Part shown: piece after piece, positions 19,041 through 27,994 of the stretch | Numbering within the stretch: the first letter of the stretch is position 1 | How the letters are laid out: the number at the start of each line of letters is the position of its first letter | Assembly: GCA_964474335.1 (NCBI GenBank) | Contig: CAYYRS010000001.1 | Coordinates: 38,254 to 102,253, forward strand | Reading direction: 5' to 3' | Length of the DNA stretch: 64,000 nt | Origin: an uncultured Campylobacterales bacterium | Lineage (GTDB): Bacteria > Campylobacterota > Campylobacteria > Campylobacterales > Sulfurimonadaceae | Notes under the pieces: model-generated | Told to the model about the DNA's origin: nothing | Seen by the model: only the letters and a program-made list of their open reading frames with translations | Databases searched by the model: none | Made by a program: the position numbers and the translations under genes

Positions 19041-22000
19041 ATGAAAAATGTTATTTCCTTTATGAGATCTATGAAAACCATGATTGTTTTAATGCTAATT
19101 TTTGCCTTCTCTATTGGTTGGGCAACTATTATTGAAAATGATTACGGCAGCACAACAGCAAGAGCTGAAATTTATGATGCTACTTGGTTTTATATTCTTA
19201 TAGCTTTGTTGGCAGTAACTTTAATATTAAATATGATTAAATTTAATATTAAGAAAAAGCCTTTAGTATTTTTATTTCATTTTTCATTTCTTGTGATATT
19301 GTTTGGTGCTGTTCTTACTCATTATGATGGATATGAAGGAACTATGCATATACGAAATGGTCAAACAAGTTCAGTAATAACGGGTACTCTGCCTTTTGTG
19401 AATATAACTTTGCAAGATGGTAGCAAGATTGTAAAAAGCTCTGATATGAAGTATTTATCTAACGAATTCCATAATAGCTATAATAAAACTTTAAAAATAG
19501 ATGGCAAGACTATACATGTAAGTTTGGTACAATTTATCCCAGCTGTTATGCGAGCAGTTGTTGAGGGTAAAACTGGTAAAACTGTTGCAAATCTCATGAT
19601 AACCACGCAAGGTAAGGGTAAGCAAATAAGTCTCTCTCCAGGTCAATTTTTTATCTCAGACAATCTTGTATTGGATTTTAATTCTAAAAAGAAATTTACT
19701 AAACCTGTCATTGAATTATCCGTTGTTAACAAAAAGCTTTACATGAGCCACTTGGTGACCTTAAAATATTTAAAGATGAGCGACAAGTCTTCTGGCATAT
19801 TTAAAGCTAATAAACATGCGACTTTTGCAAAAAAAACACTATTTAGTTATAAAACAACAAATTTTGTATTACGTTCATTTTATTTACATGCAACGACTAA
19901 ATTAATAACAAATCCACATGCAAAAGCAAGAAATCCACAGATGGATGCATTAAGATTTAAGGTAAGCAGTGGAGGCGATACACAAAAAATAGTCGTTTAC
20001 GGTGAATCTGGGCTACGCGGAGATAGCACTACTACCAATATAAATGGTTTAAAAGTTAGTGTTAATTATGGTTCAAAAATGATTACCATACCGTTTAAAA
20101 TTAAATTAGATAAGTTTCAATTAACAAGATATCCAGGTTCAATGTCACCAGAATCATATTCAAGTTATATCACATTGATAGACACAAAAAATCATATCAA
20201 TATTCCATATCGAATCCACATGAATCATATATTAGAATATAAAGGATTTAGATTTTTTCAATCATCTTATGATCCAGATTTAAAAGGAACAATCTTATCT
20301 GTTAGCATGGATCCTGGAACAGATATGACATATTTGGGTTATTTGCTTCTTGCAATAGGGCTTTTTGGTTCTTTATTTGCATCAAATGGCAGATTTGCAA
20401 GTTTAAGTAAGATAGCTAAAGAAGCTAGTGCTAAAAAAAGTATGTTAGCAGTTTTAGCACTAGCATTTTTATTTAGTTATACAAACTCTTACGCACAAGC
20501 TTTAAATCCAATTATAAAAACAGTCACATCTTTTAATAAAGCTAGTGCAAATAAGTTTGGTGATCTTGTGGTTCAAAGTCGCGGTAAACGCGGACGAATG
20601 GAACCTTTAAATACATTAGCGATTCAAATATTAGAAAAGATTCATGGCTCAGATAGTATGCTTGGTTTAAATGCAAATCAGATAATTTTAGGTATGTTAA
20701 TTCGTCCAGATGCATGGCGACAAATAAGAATGATTCGTACATCAGATAAAGAGATAAATAAGATAATAGGAATTAATCCAAAAGCAAAATATGCTTCTTT
20801 TTCACAGTTTTTCAAATATCCAAATTCAATGAACGGTTATAAATTGTCTGCTGATGTAGATAAAGTTATTAGAAAAGACCCAAAAACTAGGGGTGTTTAT
20901 GATAGAGATGTTATGAAAGTAAACGAGCGTGTTAATGTAGCATTTATGGTTTATACAGGTTCTATCTTTAAAATATGGCCAAAACCAAACGATCCTAGTA
21001 GAAAATGGTATGGTACGGTGTCTGCTTTAAAGCATTTCAACCATCAAAATGCAAATAAAGTAAGAGATCTTGCCATGATGTACTTTTCACGCGTAGGTCA
21101 GGCATTAACAACTAATCATTGGGTATCCGCCAATAAAGCATTAGCAGATATTGTTGATTATCAAAAATTTTATGGTGCATCTGTGTATCCGTCAGCAAAT
21201 AAAATAAAAGTTGAGATTTTTTATAATAAAATAAATATTTTTGAAAGATTATGGCCACTATATTTCTTTGTTGGGTTTGCACTGCTCATATTATCATTTA
21301 CAAAGATTTTACGCCCATCATTTAACCTAAATATTTATACGAAAATATCAATGGCTTTATTGATACTATTTTTTATAGCTCACACATTAGCTTTGATTAT
21401 AGTATGGTTTATAGCAGGACATGCCCCTTGGTCTGATGGATTTGAATCTATGACCTATATCGCTTGGGCGACAGTACTGGCTGGTTTTATCTTTTCCAAA
21501 CATTCGCCAATTACATTAGCCGCGACATCAATTTTAGCAGGTCTGATTTTATTTGTTGCTCATTTAGCATGGATGAATCCAGCCATTACAAATCTGGTTC
21601 CAGTTTTAAATTCATATTGGCTAGATATTCATGTTTCAATGATTACCGCTAGTTATGGCTTTTTAGGATTAGGAGCGTTGCTCGGTTTTATCACGCTGCT
21701 TTTATTTATTTTAAAAACAAAAAAGAATGATAAACGCCTTAGTTTGGCAATAATTGAGCTTAATGCTATTAACGAGATGAGTTTAATGATAGGATTGGCG
21801 ATGCTTACTGTTGGAACATTTTTAGGTGGTGTTTGGGCAAATCAAAGTTGGGGACACTACTGGGGCTGGGATCCAAAAGAGGTCTGGGCATTAGTTTCTA
21901 TTTTGGTTTATGCCGTTGTTGTACATATTAGATTTGTTAAAAAAATCTATACTCCATATAGTTATAGCGTAATTTCATTGCTTGCTTTTACCTCTGTTTT

Positions 22001-22160
22001 GATGACCTATTTTGGAGTAAATTATTATCTTGGAGGCTTGCATTCATATGCAAAAGGCAACCCTGTGCCGATTCCAGCATTTGCACCAATAACTTATGCA
22101 GTTATATTTATTATAATTATAATAGCATATCGTAATCGTAAATTATCACTTGATGCTTAA
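19041..22160 (+). CDS. ccsBA: fused system II cytochrome c synthase CcsBA (ResB-CcsA fusion)
   Basis: 1039 aa. N-terminal ResB-like part with a large periplasmic domain, and C-terminal CcsA part with the W-rich motif WANQSWGHYWGWDPKEVWALV. This fusion is characteristic of Campylobacterota. Confidence 0.9.
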   Translation: MKNVISFMRSMKTMIVLMLIFAFSIGWATIIENDYGSTTARAEIYDATWFYILIALLAVTLILNMIKFNIKKKPLVFLFHFSFLVILFGAVLTHYDGYEGTMHIRNGQTSSVITGTLPFVNITLQDGSKIVKSSDMKYLSNEFHNSYNKTLKIDGKTIHVSLVQFIPAVMRAVVEGKTGKTVANLMITTQGKGKQISLSPGQFFISDNLVLDFNSKKKFTKPVIELSVVNKKLYMSHLVTLKYLKMSDKSSGIFKANKHATFAKKTLFSYKTTNFVLRSFYLHATTKLITNPHAKARNPQMDALRFKVSSGGDTQKIVVYGESGLRGDSTTTNINGLKVSVNYGSKMITIPFKIKLDKFQLTRYPGSMSPESYSSYITLIDTKNHINIPYRIHMNHILEYKGFRFFQSSYDPDLKGTILSVSMDPGTDMTYLGYLLLAIGLFGSLFASNGRFASLSKIAKEASAKKSMLAVLALAFLFSYTNSYAQALNPIIKTVTSFNKASANKFGDLVVQSRGKRGRMEPLNTLAIQILEKIHGSDSMLGLNANQIILGMLIRPDAWRQIRMIRTSDKEINKIIGINPKAKYASFSQFFKYPNSMNGYKLSADVDKVIRKDPKTRGVYDRDVMKVNERVNVAFMVYTGSIFKIWPKPNDPSRKWYGTVSALKHFNHQNANKVRDLAMMYFSRVGQALTTNHWVSANKALADIVDYQKFYGASVYPSANKIKVEIFYNKINIFERLWPLYFFVGFALLILSFTKILRPSFNLNIYTKISMALLILFFIAHTLALIIVWFIAGHAPWSDGFESMTYIAWATVLAGFIFSKHSPITLAATSILAGLILFVAHLAWMNPAITNLVPVLNSYWLDIHVSMITASYGFLGLGALLGFITLLLFILKTKKNDKRLSLAIIELNAINEMSLMIGLAMLTVGTFLGGVWANQSWGHYWGWDPKEVWALVSILVYAVVVHIRFVKKIYTPYSYSVISLLAFTSVLMTYFGVNYYLGGLHSYAKGNPVPIPAFAPITYAVIFIIIIIAYRNRKLSLDA

Positions 22161-22181
22161 TGTCATAAGTTGACATTAAGC
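22155..22181. terminator. bidirectional hairpin spanning both convergent stop codons
   Basis: GCTTAATGTCA (22155-22165) pairs with TGACATTAAGC (22171-22181): a perfect 11-bp stem with a 5-nt loop. It covers the ccsBA TAA and the dut stop. Confidence 0.55.
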
Positions 22182-22652
22182 ACCTGTACTTCCAAAACCA
22201 CCATCTCTTTTTTGTGTTGAATTAATATTAAACATAAAACCAAAATGTTGCAAAAGAGTGACTTGTGCCACTCTTTCTCCTTTACATATTTTTTTTTCAG
22301 GCATGTTAGTGGGATTGTGTACTCGTATCATAATTTCATCTCTATAATCCATATCAATTATACCAACGCCATTTGCTATAATGAGTTGTTTTGATAATGA
22401 GCTACGTAGCATAAGTTGTATATAATATGATTTTAAAAATATTTCATAAGTATTGATATTGAGTTTATTAAAAAAAGTTTTGTTAGTTTGAAAACTTTCA
22501 TGTAAAAGCTCCTCATCAATAGCAATTCCAAGTGGTATGAGAACCGTTTGTCCTTGCTTAATTATCATATCATCATTCGCATACAAATCGATACATGCAG
22601 AGTGTTTACTTCCTCTAGTCGGCATAATTCCATTATTTATGCTTTTAAACAT
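22176..22652 (-). CDS. dut: trimeric-type dUTP diphosphatase with an internal insertion
   Basis: All five motifs are present: ACIDLYA, LRSSLS, GIIDMDYRDE, GERVAQ and RDGGFGSTG. Confidence 0.85.
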   Translation of the reverse strand: MFKSINNGIMPTRGSKHSACIDLYANDDMIIKQGQTVLIPLGIAIDEELLHESFQTNKTFFNKLNINTYEIFLKSYYIQLMLRSSLSKQLIIANGVGIIDMDYRDEIMIRVHNPTNMPEKKICKGERVAQVTLLQHFGFMFNINSTQKRDGGFGSTGA

Positions 22653-22721
22653 TTTTTTCCTTTTCTTTAATCTCTAATATGTTATCCTAAAAGTATTAAA
22701 ATTTTGTATAGGATATTAAAA

Positions 22722-23954
22722 ATGGAAGAGTTTTTAAACAAAATAAAACAAGCAAGTAAGAGTTTTAATGAATTAAGTGGAGCTACTAAGCATGAAATAT
22801 TAAAACAGATGGCAGATACTCTTAAAAGTAATAGTACAACTATTATAAAAGCGAATAAAATAGATATGAAAGAAGCAGAAATTAATCAACTTTCTTCGGC
22901 TATGAAAGATAGGCTATATATAGACAAAAATCGTGTTGATGATATGGCAAATGCAATTATACAGATTGCATCTTTAAATAATCCCATTGGAAGAATTCTT
23001 GATGGTTGGGTAACAGAAAATGGATTAAAAATCGAAAAGGTATCTATTCCAATAGGAGTAATTGCAATTATATATGAATCTCGCCCAAATGTTACGAGCG
23101 ATACAGCAGCTTTATGTTTTAAAAGTTCTAATGTCTGTGTGTTAAAAGGTGGCAAGGAAGCTCAAAATTCAAACACAGCCATAGCTAATATTTTACGCTC
23201 GGTACTTATTAAAAATAATTTACCTGAGGCTTTAATATCACTTTTACCAGATTCATCACGCAAAGGTGTTGCAAAGCTTATAAAAATGGATAAATATGTA
23301 GATTTAATTATTCCTCGTGGGGGAGAAGGACTTATACAATATGTAAGTAAAAATGCAACTGTACCAGTTATAAAACATGACAAAGGACAATGTCATACAT
23401 ACATAGATAAAGATGCAGATATTGATGATGGTATAAAGATTGCAGTTAATGCAAAAACAAATAGACCTGGTGTGTGTAATGCGATGGAAACTTTATTGAT
23501 TGATAAAGTGGTTGCGAAAAAAATACTTCCTTTATTAAAATTAGCTTTTGATAAAGAAGGTACAATGCTAAAAGGGTGTAAAGCAACAACTGAAATTATT
23601 TCAATTACCTTGGCAACTGATGAAGATTTTGATACAGAATATTTGGCAAATATTTTAAATATTAAGATAGTTGATGGTATTGATGGAGCGATTGGACATA
23701 TTAACAGATTTGGTTCAGGTCATTCCGAGGCGATTATTACGCAAAATGTTAAAACAGCTGAGATTTTTTTAAATGCAATAGATGCAGCGGTTGTATATCT
23801 AAATGCATCTACAAGATTTACGGATGGTGGTGCCTTTGGATTTGGTGCAGAGGTTGGAATCAGCACAAATAAACTACATGCCAGAGGACCCATGGCAATA
23901 GAGGGATTAACTACTTATAAGTATAAGGTTTATGGTTCAGGTCAGATACGTTGA
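22722..23954 (+). CDS. proA: gamma-glutamyl phosphate reductase
   Basis: Catalytic Cys motif RPGVCNAMETLLI and an aldehyde dehydrogenase fold. ATG 22722 with an AGGA RBS is preferred over the TTG at 22704. Confidence 0.92.
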   Translation: MEEFLNKIKQASKSFNELSGATKHEILKQMADTLKSNSTTIIKANKIDMKEAEINQLSSAMKDRLYIDKNRVDDMANAIIQIASLNNPIGRILDGWVTENGLKIEKVSIPIGVIAIIYESRPNVTSDTAALCFKSSNVCVLKGGKEAQNSNTAIANILRSVLIKNNLPEALISLLPDSSRKGVAKLIKMDKYVDLIIPRGGEGLIQYVSKNATVPVIKHDKGQCHTYIDKDADIDDGIKIAVNAKTNRPGVCNAMETLLIDKVVAKKILPLLKLAFDKEGTMLKGCKATTEIISITLATDEDFDTEYLANILNIKIVDGIDGAIGHINRFGSGHSEAIITQNVKTAEIFLNAIDAAVVYLNASTRFTDGGAFGFGAEVGISTNKLHARGPMAIEGLTTYKYKVYGSGQIR

Positions 23955-24523
23955 GAAATAAAGTTTTAGATATTAGTAATTTGTCTTTTGGATATAAAAA
24001 AGATAAATTGCTTTATAAAAATTTAAATTTATCATTACATGCAGGAGAAATAAAAGCAGTTGTAGGTGAGAGTGGCGTTGGTAAAACTACACTATTTGAA
24101 TTAATTGTTGGAAATTTAAAACCTTTATCAGGAAATATTACATGTAAAAGAGTTTCACAAGTTTTTCAAGACCCATACAGTTCATTTCATCCTAGTTATA
24201 CAATTATACAGCAAATAAAAGATGTGGCACCAATTGCTAATATTGATAGGTATTTAAGTGTTATGAATTTGACGATGTCTAATTTGTTAAAACTCCCTCA
24301 TGAACTTTCAGGTGGGCAACTGCAACGTGCTTCAATCATTCGAGCACTTTTAATGAAGCCACAGTTATTGCTGTTAGATGAACCAACTTCCGCACTAGAT
24401 AACATTATTCAACTAGATATTATGAAGATGCTTTTAACACATGTTTTAGATATTGCTATGCTGCTTATAACTCATGATTTGGATTTGGCAAAATGGTGTG
24501 CTGATGAAATATATCAACTATAA
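23951..24523 (+). CDS. short stand-alone ABC transporter ATP-binding protein (Opp/Dpp F-type)
   Basis: Motifs GESGVGKTTL, QVFQDPYSSFHPS, LSGGQLQRASI, LLLLDEPTSALD and ITHDL. TTG start overlaps the proA stop (TTGA). No permease gene is adjacent. Confidence 0.8.
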   Translation: MRNKVLDISNLSFGYKKDKLLYKNLNLSLHAGEIKAVVGESGVGKTTLFELIVGNLKPLSGNITCKRVSQVFQDPYSSFHPSYTIIQQIKDVAPIANIDRYLSVMNLTMSNLLKLPHELSGGQLQRASIIRALLMKPQLLLLDEPTSALDNIIQLDIMKMLLTHVLDIAMLLITHDLDLAKWCADEIYQL

Positions 24524-24536
24524 AATAGAGGTGCCC

Positions 24537-24587
24537 ATAAGTGCCAGACCATAATAAATATGATATTTATTATGGTCTGGCACTTAT
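24537..24587. terminator. very long perfect hairpin between convergent genes (terminator or miniature palindromic element)
   Basis: ATAAGTGCCAGACCATAATAAATA (24537-24560) pairs with its exact reverse complement (24564-24587): a 24-bp stem with a 3-nt loop. Confidence 0.55.
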
Positions 24588-24592
24588 TATAT

Positions 24593-25273
24593 TTAGAGGT
24601 GCTCTTTATTATAAATTTCTTGCATTTTTATTTGTAAGTTATTTAGCCACTCTTTATCATGTTTATCAGCGATAAATGAGTCTAAAAAAATTACTTTTAT
24701 TTTTTTTGGTTTGTAATAATATTTTTTAATATTATAACAAGATGATGTTGCTATTAAAACTATTGGCTGTACTTTAAGGGCATATTTATTAGCTACTATT
24801 TTTGCTCCTGGCTTAAAAGGCAACATGTCTCCTGTTGTACTTCTAGTACCTTCTGGAAAAATAGTAATTACTCTGCCTTTGTCAATTTGTTTTTTACTTG
24901 CTTTTAGTAGTTTTATAAGTGAGCTTTTGCTCTCTCTCTCAATAGCAATATCATCTGGCAAACGAAGCGTTAAACCAAAAAAAGGGATATCAAATAGCTC
25001 TTTTTTTGCAACCCATGCTAAATCCCTTGGTGATAAAAGTTCTACAATGCCAATATCTAAATCACTTTGATGATTGATTAAAAACATTTGTGCATCTGGA
25101 TCCTCATGTCCCATTTTTTTAAATGACCAAAATGTTAAAAGCTGAATAAATTTCGCAGAAATTTTTTGCGCTTTTGGTGTTGGCACAAATTTAAAGATTG
25201 ATATCATAATAACCATAGCAAGTAATATTATAAATGTGGCATACGCCCAACTAATTCGAGCAAATATCTTCAT
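24593..25273 (-). CDS. plsC: 1-acyl-sn-glycerol-3-phosphate acyltransferase
   Basis: HX4D motif INHQSDLDI and block III IFPEGTRS, with an N-terminal membrane anchor. Confidence 0.88.
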   Translation of the reverse strand: MKIFARISWAYATFIILLAMVIMISIFKFVPTPKAQKISAKFIQLLTFWSFKKMGHEDPDAQMFLINHQSDLDIGIVELLSPRDLAWVAKKELFDIPFFGLTLRLPDDIAIERESKSSLIKLLKASKKQIDKGRVITIFPEGTRSTTGDMLPFKPGAKIVANKYALKVQPIVLIATSSCYNIKKYYYKPKKIKVIFLDSFIADKHDKEWLNNLQIKMQEIYNKEHL

Positions 25274-26369
25274 TTTTTATCCATCCTACCTTATTATTAT
25301 CTAACTTTATTCTTATATATCCATTATGTTTATTTAATTCTTTAAAATAAGATTTTTGAGTAGTGAGTTCAAAAACTACTCCCTGCGGTATGGGCAGTAT
25401 CTTTATACCCGTTTTGCTCTTTACGCATATCTCTTTTTGCGGAACAATTAAATAAATGATATAAATTGATATAAGTATAGCTAAGAAAATATAAAGATAT
25501 CTTTTCTTAAAGATTATTAAAATTAATAAAATAAACAAGATTGTAGTTGCTATAATTAATTTTAATAATTTATATTGTTTAGCAGTTGGAGAAAGATTAG
25601 TTTGTGTACTTACTAAATTATTAATCACTACAATTGGTATTGAAATCGTTGCATAACTTTGTGTTAAAAGGTTAAAATATGTAAATTTAAAAGTTTGTAT
25701 ATCCTTGTTGATGATAGCATAATAGATAACAGTAGAAAAGGCTGTAGAATTATTTGCTGATTCAATACCTTGTTTGCGAACATTACTTATATGTATATCA
25801 AAAAGGTTTGCTTGCAAGGCTTTTGCAAAAAATAAAACTATATTTGAATTATTATCATAAGTTGTAGTTTTATAGTCTGTAATCTGAAAATTTTTTGCAA
25901 TTACATTTGAAAAATTTTTTGGTGGATTTAATGTAATTACGTTTATCAATTTTGGCGATAATATGGCTACTCTTGGATATGTTGTATTATCATCTTGATT
26001 AAGAGCTGTTGCTATGATGCGTGGTAATTTTTTGCTTTGATTTATATCTTGAAGATAAAAGGTATTGACTGTATATATTCCATCATGAGAATAGAGTGGG
26101 ATTGGATTTATTAAATTCATGCCTTTTGGCATATCAAACTTGTACGTTAATGTTTTATATTTTTGGTTTGTAATTAGATATTTGATAGATATTGGAAATA
26201 TTTGAGTGTTTATTATTTTTTTTGGTGTCTTACTATATGAAATATAGATTATTTTTTGATATTTTCTACTATTGTTATTATAATTTTGCGTAGAGACGAT
26301 ATTATTAGATAGAGGCATACTCCATAAAGAAGCGATACAAATTATAAAAATAATAGATATTTTTTTCAC
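25251..26369 (-). CDS. hypothetical exported/membrane protein with C-terminal SH3b-like domain
   Basis: Signal peptide MKKISIIFIICIASLWS, a ~260-aa Asn/Thr-rich region, two TM helices, and a C-terminal segment GYIRIKLDNNKVGWIKNEDI resembling bacterial SH3. It is tightly packed between purQ and plsC. Confidence 0.6.
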   Translation of the reverse strand: MKKISIIFIICIASLWSMPLSNNIVSTQNYNNNSRKYQKIIYISYSKTPKKIINTQIFPISIKYLITNQKYKTLTYKFDMPKGMNLINPIPLYSHDGIYTVNTFYLQDINQSKKLPRIIATALNQDDNTTYPRVAILSPKLINVITLNPPKNFSNVIAKNFQITDYKTTTYDNNSNIVLFFAKALQANLFDIHISNVRKQGIESANNSTAFSTVIYYAIINKDIQTFKFTYFNLLTQSYATISIPIVVINNLVSTQTNLSPTAKQYKLLKLIIATTILFILLILIIFKKRYLYIFLAILISIYIIYLIVPQKEICVKSKTGIKILPIPQGVVFELTTQKSYFKELNKHNGYIRIKLDNNKVGWIKNEDICSN

Positions 26370-27040
26370 GTATTTAAAAATCCACTTAGCATTTTTACAC
26401 CATCTTCACTACCAAGTAAAGACTCCATAGCGCGCTCAGGATGAGGCATGAGAGCAAATATATTTTTATCTTTATTGCAAACTCCAGCGATTGAATCTAC
26501 AGAGCCGTTAGGGTTTGATATATTGCCATCTTTATTAACATATTTTAATAATATTTGATCATTTTCATAGAGTTTTTTTAGACCAATATTATCAATATAA
26601 TAGTTTCCATCATGATGGGCAATCGGGATATTTATTACCTCGTTATTATGCATTTTCGATAAAAATTGATTATCATTAGAGATAACTTTTAAATGCTGGT
26701 AAGATGATATGAAGTGTAATTTTTCATTTCGTTTTAATGCACCAGGAAGTAAATTTACCTCCGTTAATATTTGAAAGCCATTACAAATGCCAAGAATTTT
26801 ACCACCATTATTTGCAAATTTAATAACATTTTGCATAATAGGAGAAAATTTTGCAATTGCACCACTTCTTAAATAATCACCATAACTAAATCCTCCAGCC
26901 AACACAACTAAGTCTGTACTAACTGGCAATAAAATCTCTTTATGCCATACTATATTTACATTAGCACCAATTTTTTTAAAGGCATCAATAGTGTCATATT
27001 CACAATTTGTGCCAGGAAATTGCAAAACAGCTACATTCAT
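26366..27040 (-). CDS. purQ: phosphoribosylformylglycinamidine synthase, glutaminase subunit
   Basis: Catalytic Cys motif GICNGFQILTE and MPHPERA. Confidence 0.93.
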   Translation of the reverse strand: MNVAVLQFPGTNCEYDTIDAFKKIGANVNIVWHKEILLPVSTDLVVLAGGFSYGDYLRSGAIAKFSPIMQNVIKFANNGGKILGICNGFQILTEVNLLPGALKRNEKLHFISSYQHLKVISNDNQFLSKMHNNEVINIPIAHHDGNYYIDNIGLKKLYENDQILLKYVNKDGNISNPNGSVDSIAGVCNKDKNIFALMPHPERAMESLLGSEDGVKMLSGFLNT

Positions 27041-27279
27041 TTTATAAGCTCTATTTCGTAGTCTTCAATAACTGTATTTGCGAGTAGTTCTTCACACATT
27101 TTAGTAACTTCTTGTTTTGCAACATCTAAATCTTTGATATCTAGTTGCAAAATTATCTGTTTGCCAACTCTTACATCTTGGACATCTTTAAAATGTAAAG
27201 AATCAAGAGCATGGTGAACTGCTTTTCCTTGAGAATCTAAAACCCCGTTTTTTAATGAAATATTTATTATTGCTTTCAT
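27037..27279 (-). CDS. purS: phosphoribosylformylglycinamidine synthase subunit PurS
   Basis: 80 aa. Contains GVLDSQGKAVHHAL and sits between purC and purQ. Confidence 0.88.
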   Translation of the reverse strand: MKAIINISLKNGVLDSQGKAVHHALDSLHFKDVQDVRVGKQIILQLDIKDLDVAKQEVTKMCEELLANTVIEDYEIELIK

Positions 27280-27282
27280 TTT

Positions 27283-27993
27283 TTATCCTAATATTCTATT
27301 TAAAACTTCCTCATAAGCAATGCTTAGCCCACCTAGTCCCTGACGAAAGCGATCTTTATCCATCTTTTCTCTAGTTACTGTATCCCAAAATCTACAATTA
27401 TCTGGAGAAATTTCATCAATTAAGATAATATTTTTATTAATATCTTTTCCAAATTCAAGCTTAAAGTCAATTAAATCTAAGTTTTTATCTTTGAAGTACG
27501 GTTGTAAAATATTATTAATTTGCCGTGCTATTCGCCTTATTTTATCAAGTTCATCTTGAAAATCTATAAGTCCTAAAATTAAAGCATGCTGGTCATTTAA
27601 TTTTGGATCGCCTAAGTCATCATTTTTATAATCAAATTCTACAAGAGTAAAAGGTAAAACAGTTCCCTCTTTAATTCCAAGATTTCTACTTAAACTTCCA
27701 GTCGCAATATTTCTAACAATAACTTCAATTAAAATAACTTCAGCTTTTTTATGGAGCATGTGATTATCATCTATCATTTTAACAAAATGAGTTGTAATAC
27801 CATTGTTTTCAAGGAGTTTAAACAGTTGTGTTGATATTTTATTATTTAATGCTCCTTTTCCAACCTCGCTCGAATGTTTTTGTCCATTAAAAGCTGTTAA
27901 ATCATCCTTAAATTCAGAGATCAAAAGATTGTCATCATCTGTACTAAAAAGTCTTTTTGCTTTTCCTTCATAAAGAAGTTTACCTTTTTGCAT
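27283..27993 (-). CDS. purC: SAICAR synthase
   Basis: Contains [11 protein letters not shown], the [10 protein letters not shown] motif and DKDRFR. Confidence 0.93.
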   Translation of the reverse strand: MQKGKLLYEGKAKRLFSTDDDNLLISEFKDDLTAFNGQKHSSEVGKGALNNKISTQLFKLLENNGITTHFVKMIDDNHMLHKKAEVILIEVIVRNIATGSLSRNLGIKEGTVLPFTLVEFDYKNDDLGDPKLNDQHALILGLIDFQDELDKIRRIARQINNILQPYFKDKNLDLIDFKLEFGKDINKNIILIDEISPDNCRFWDTVTREKMDKDRFRQGLGGLSIAYEEVLNRILG

Positions 27994-27994
27994 T

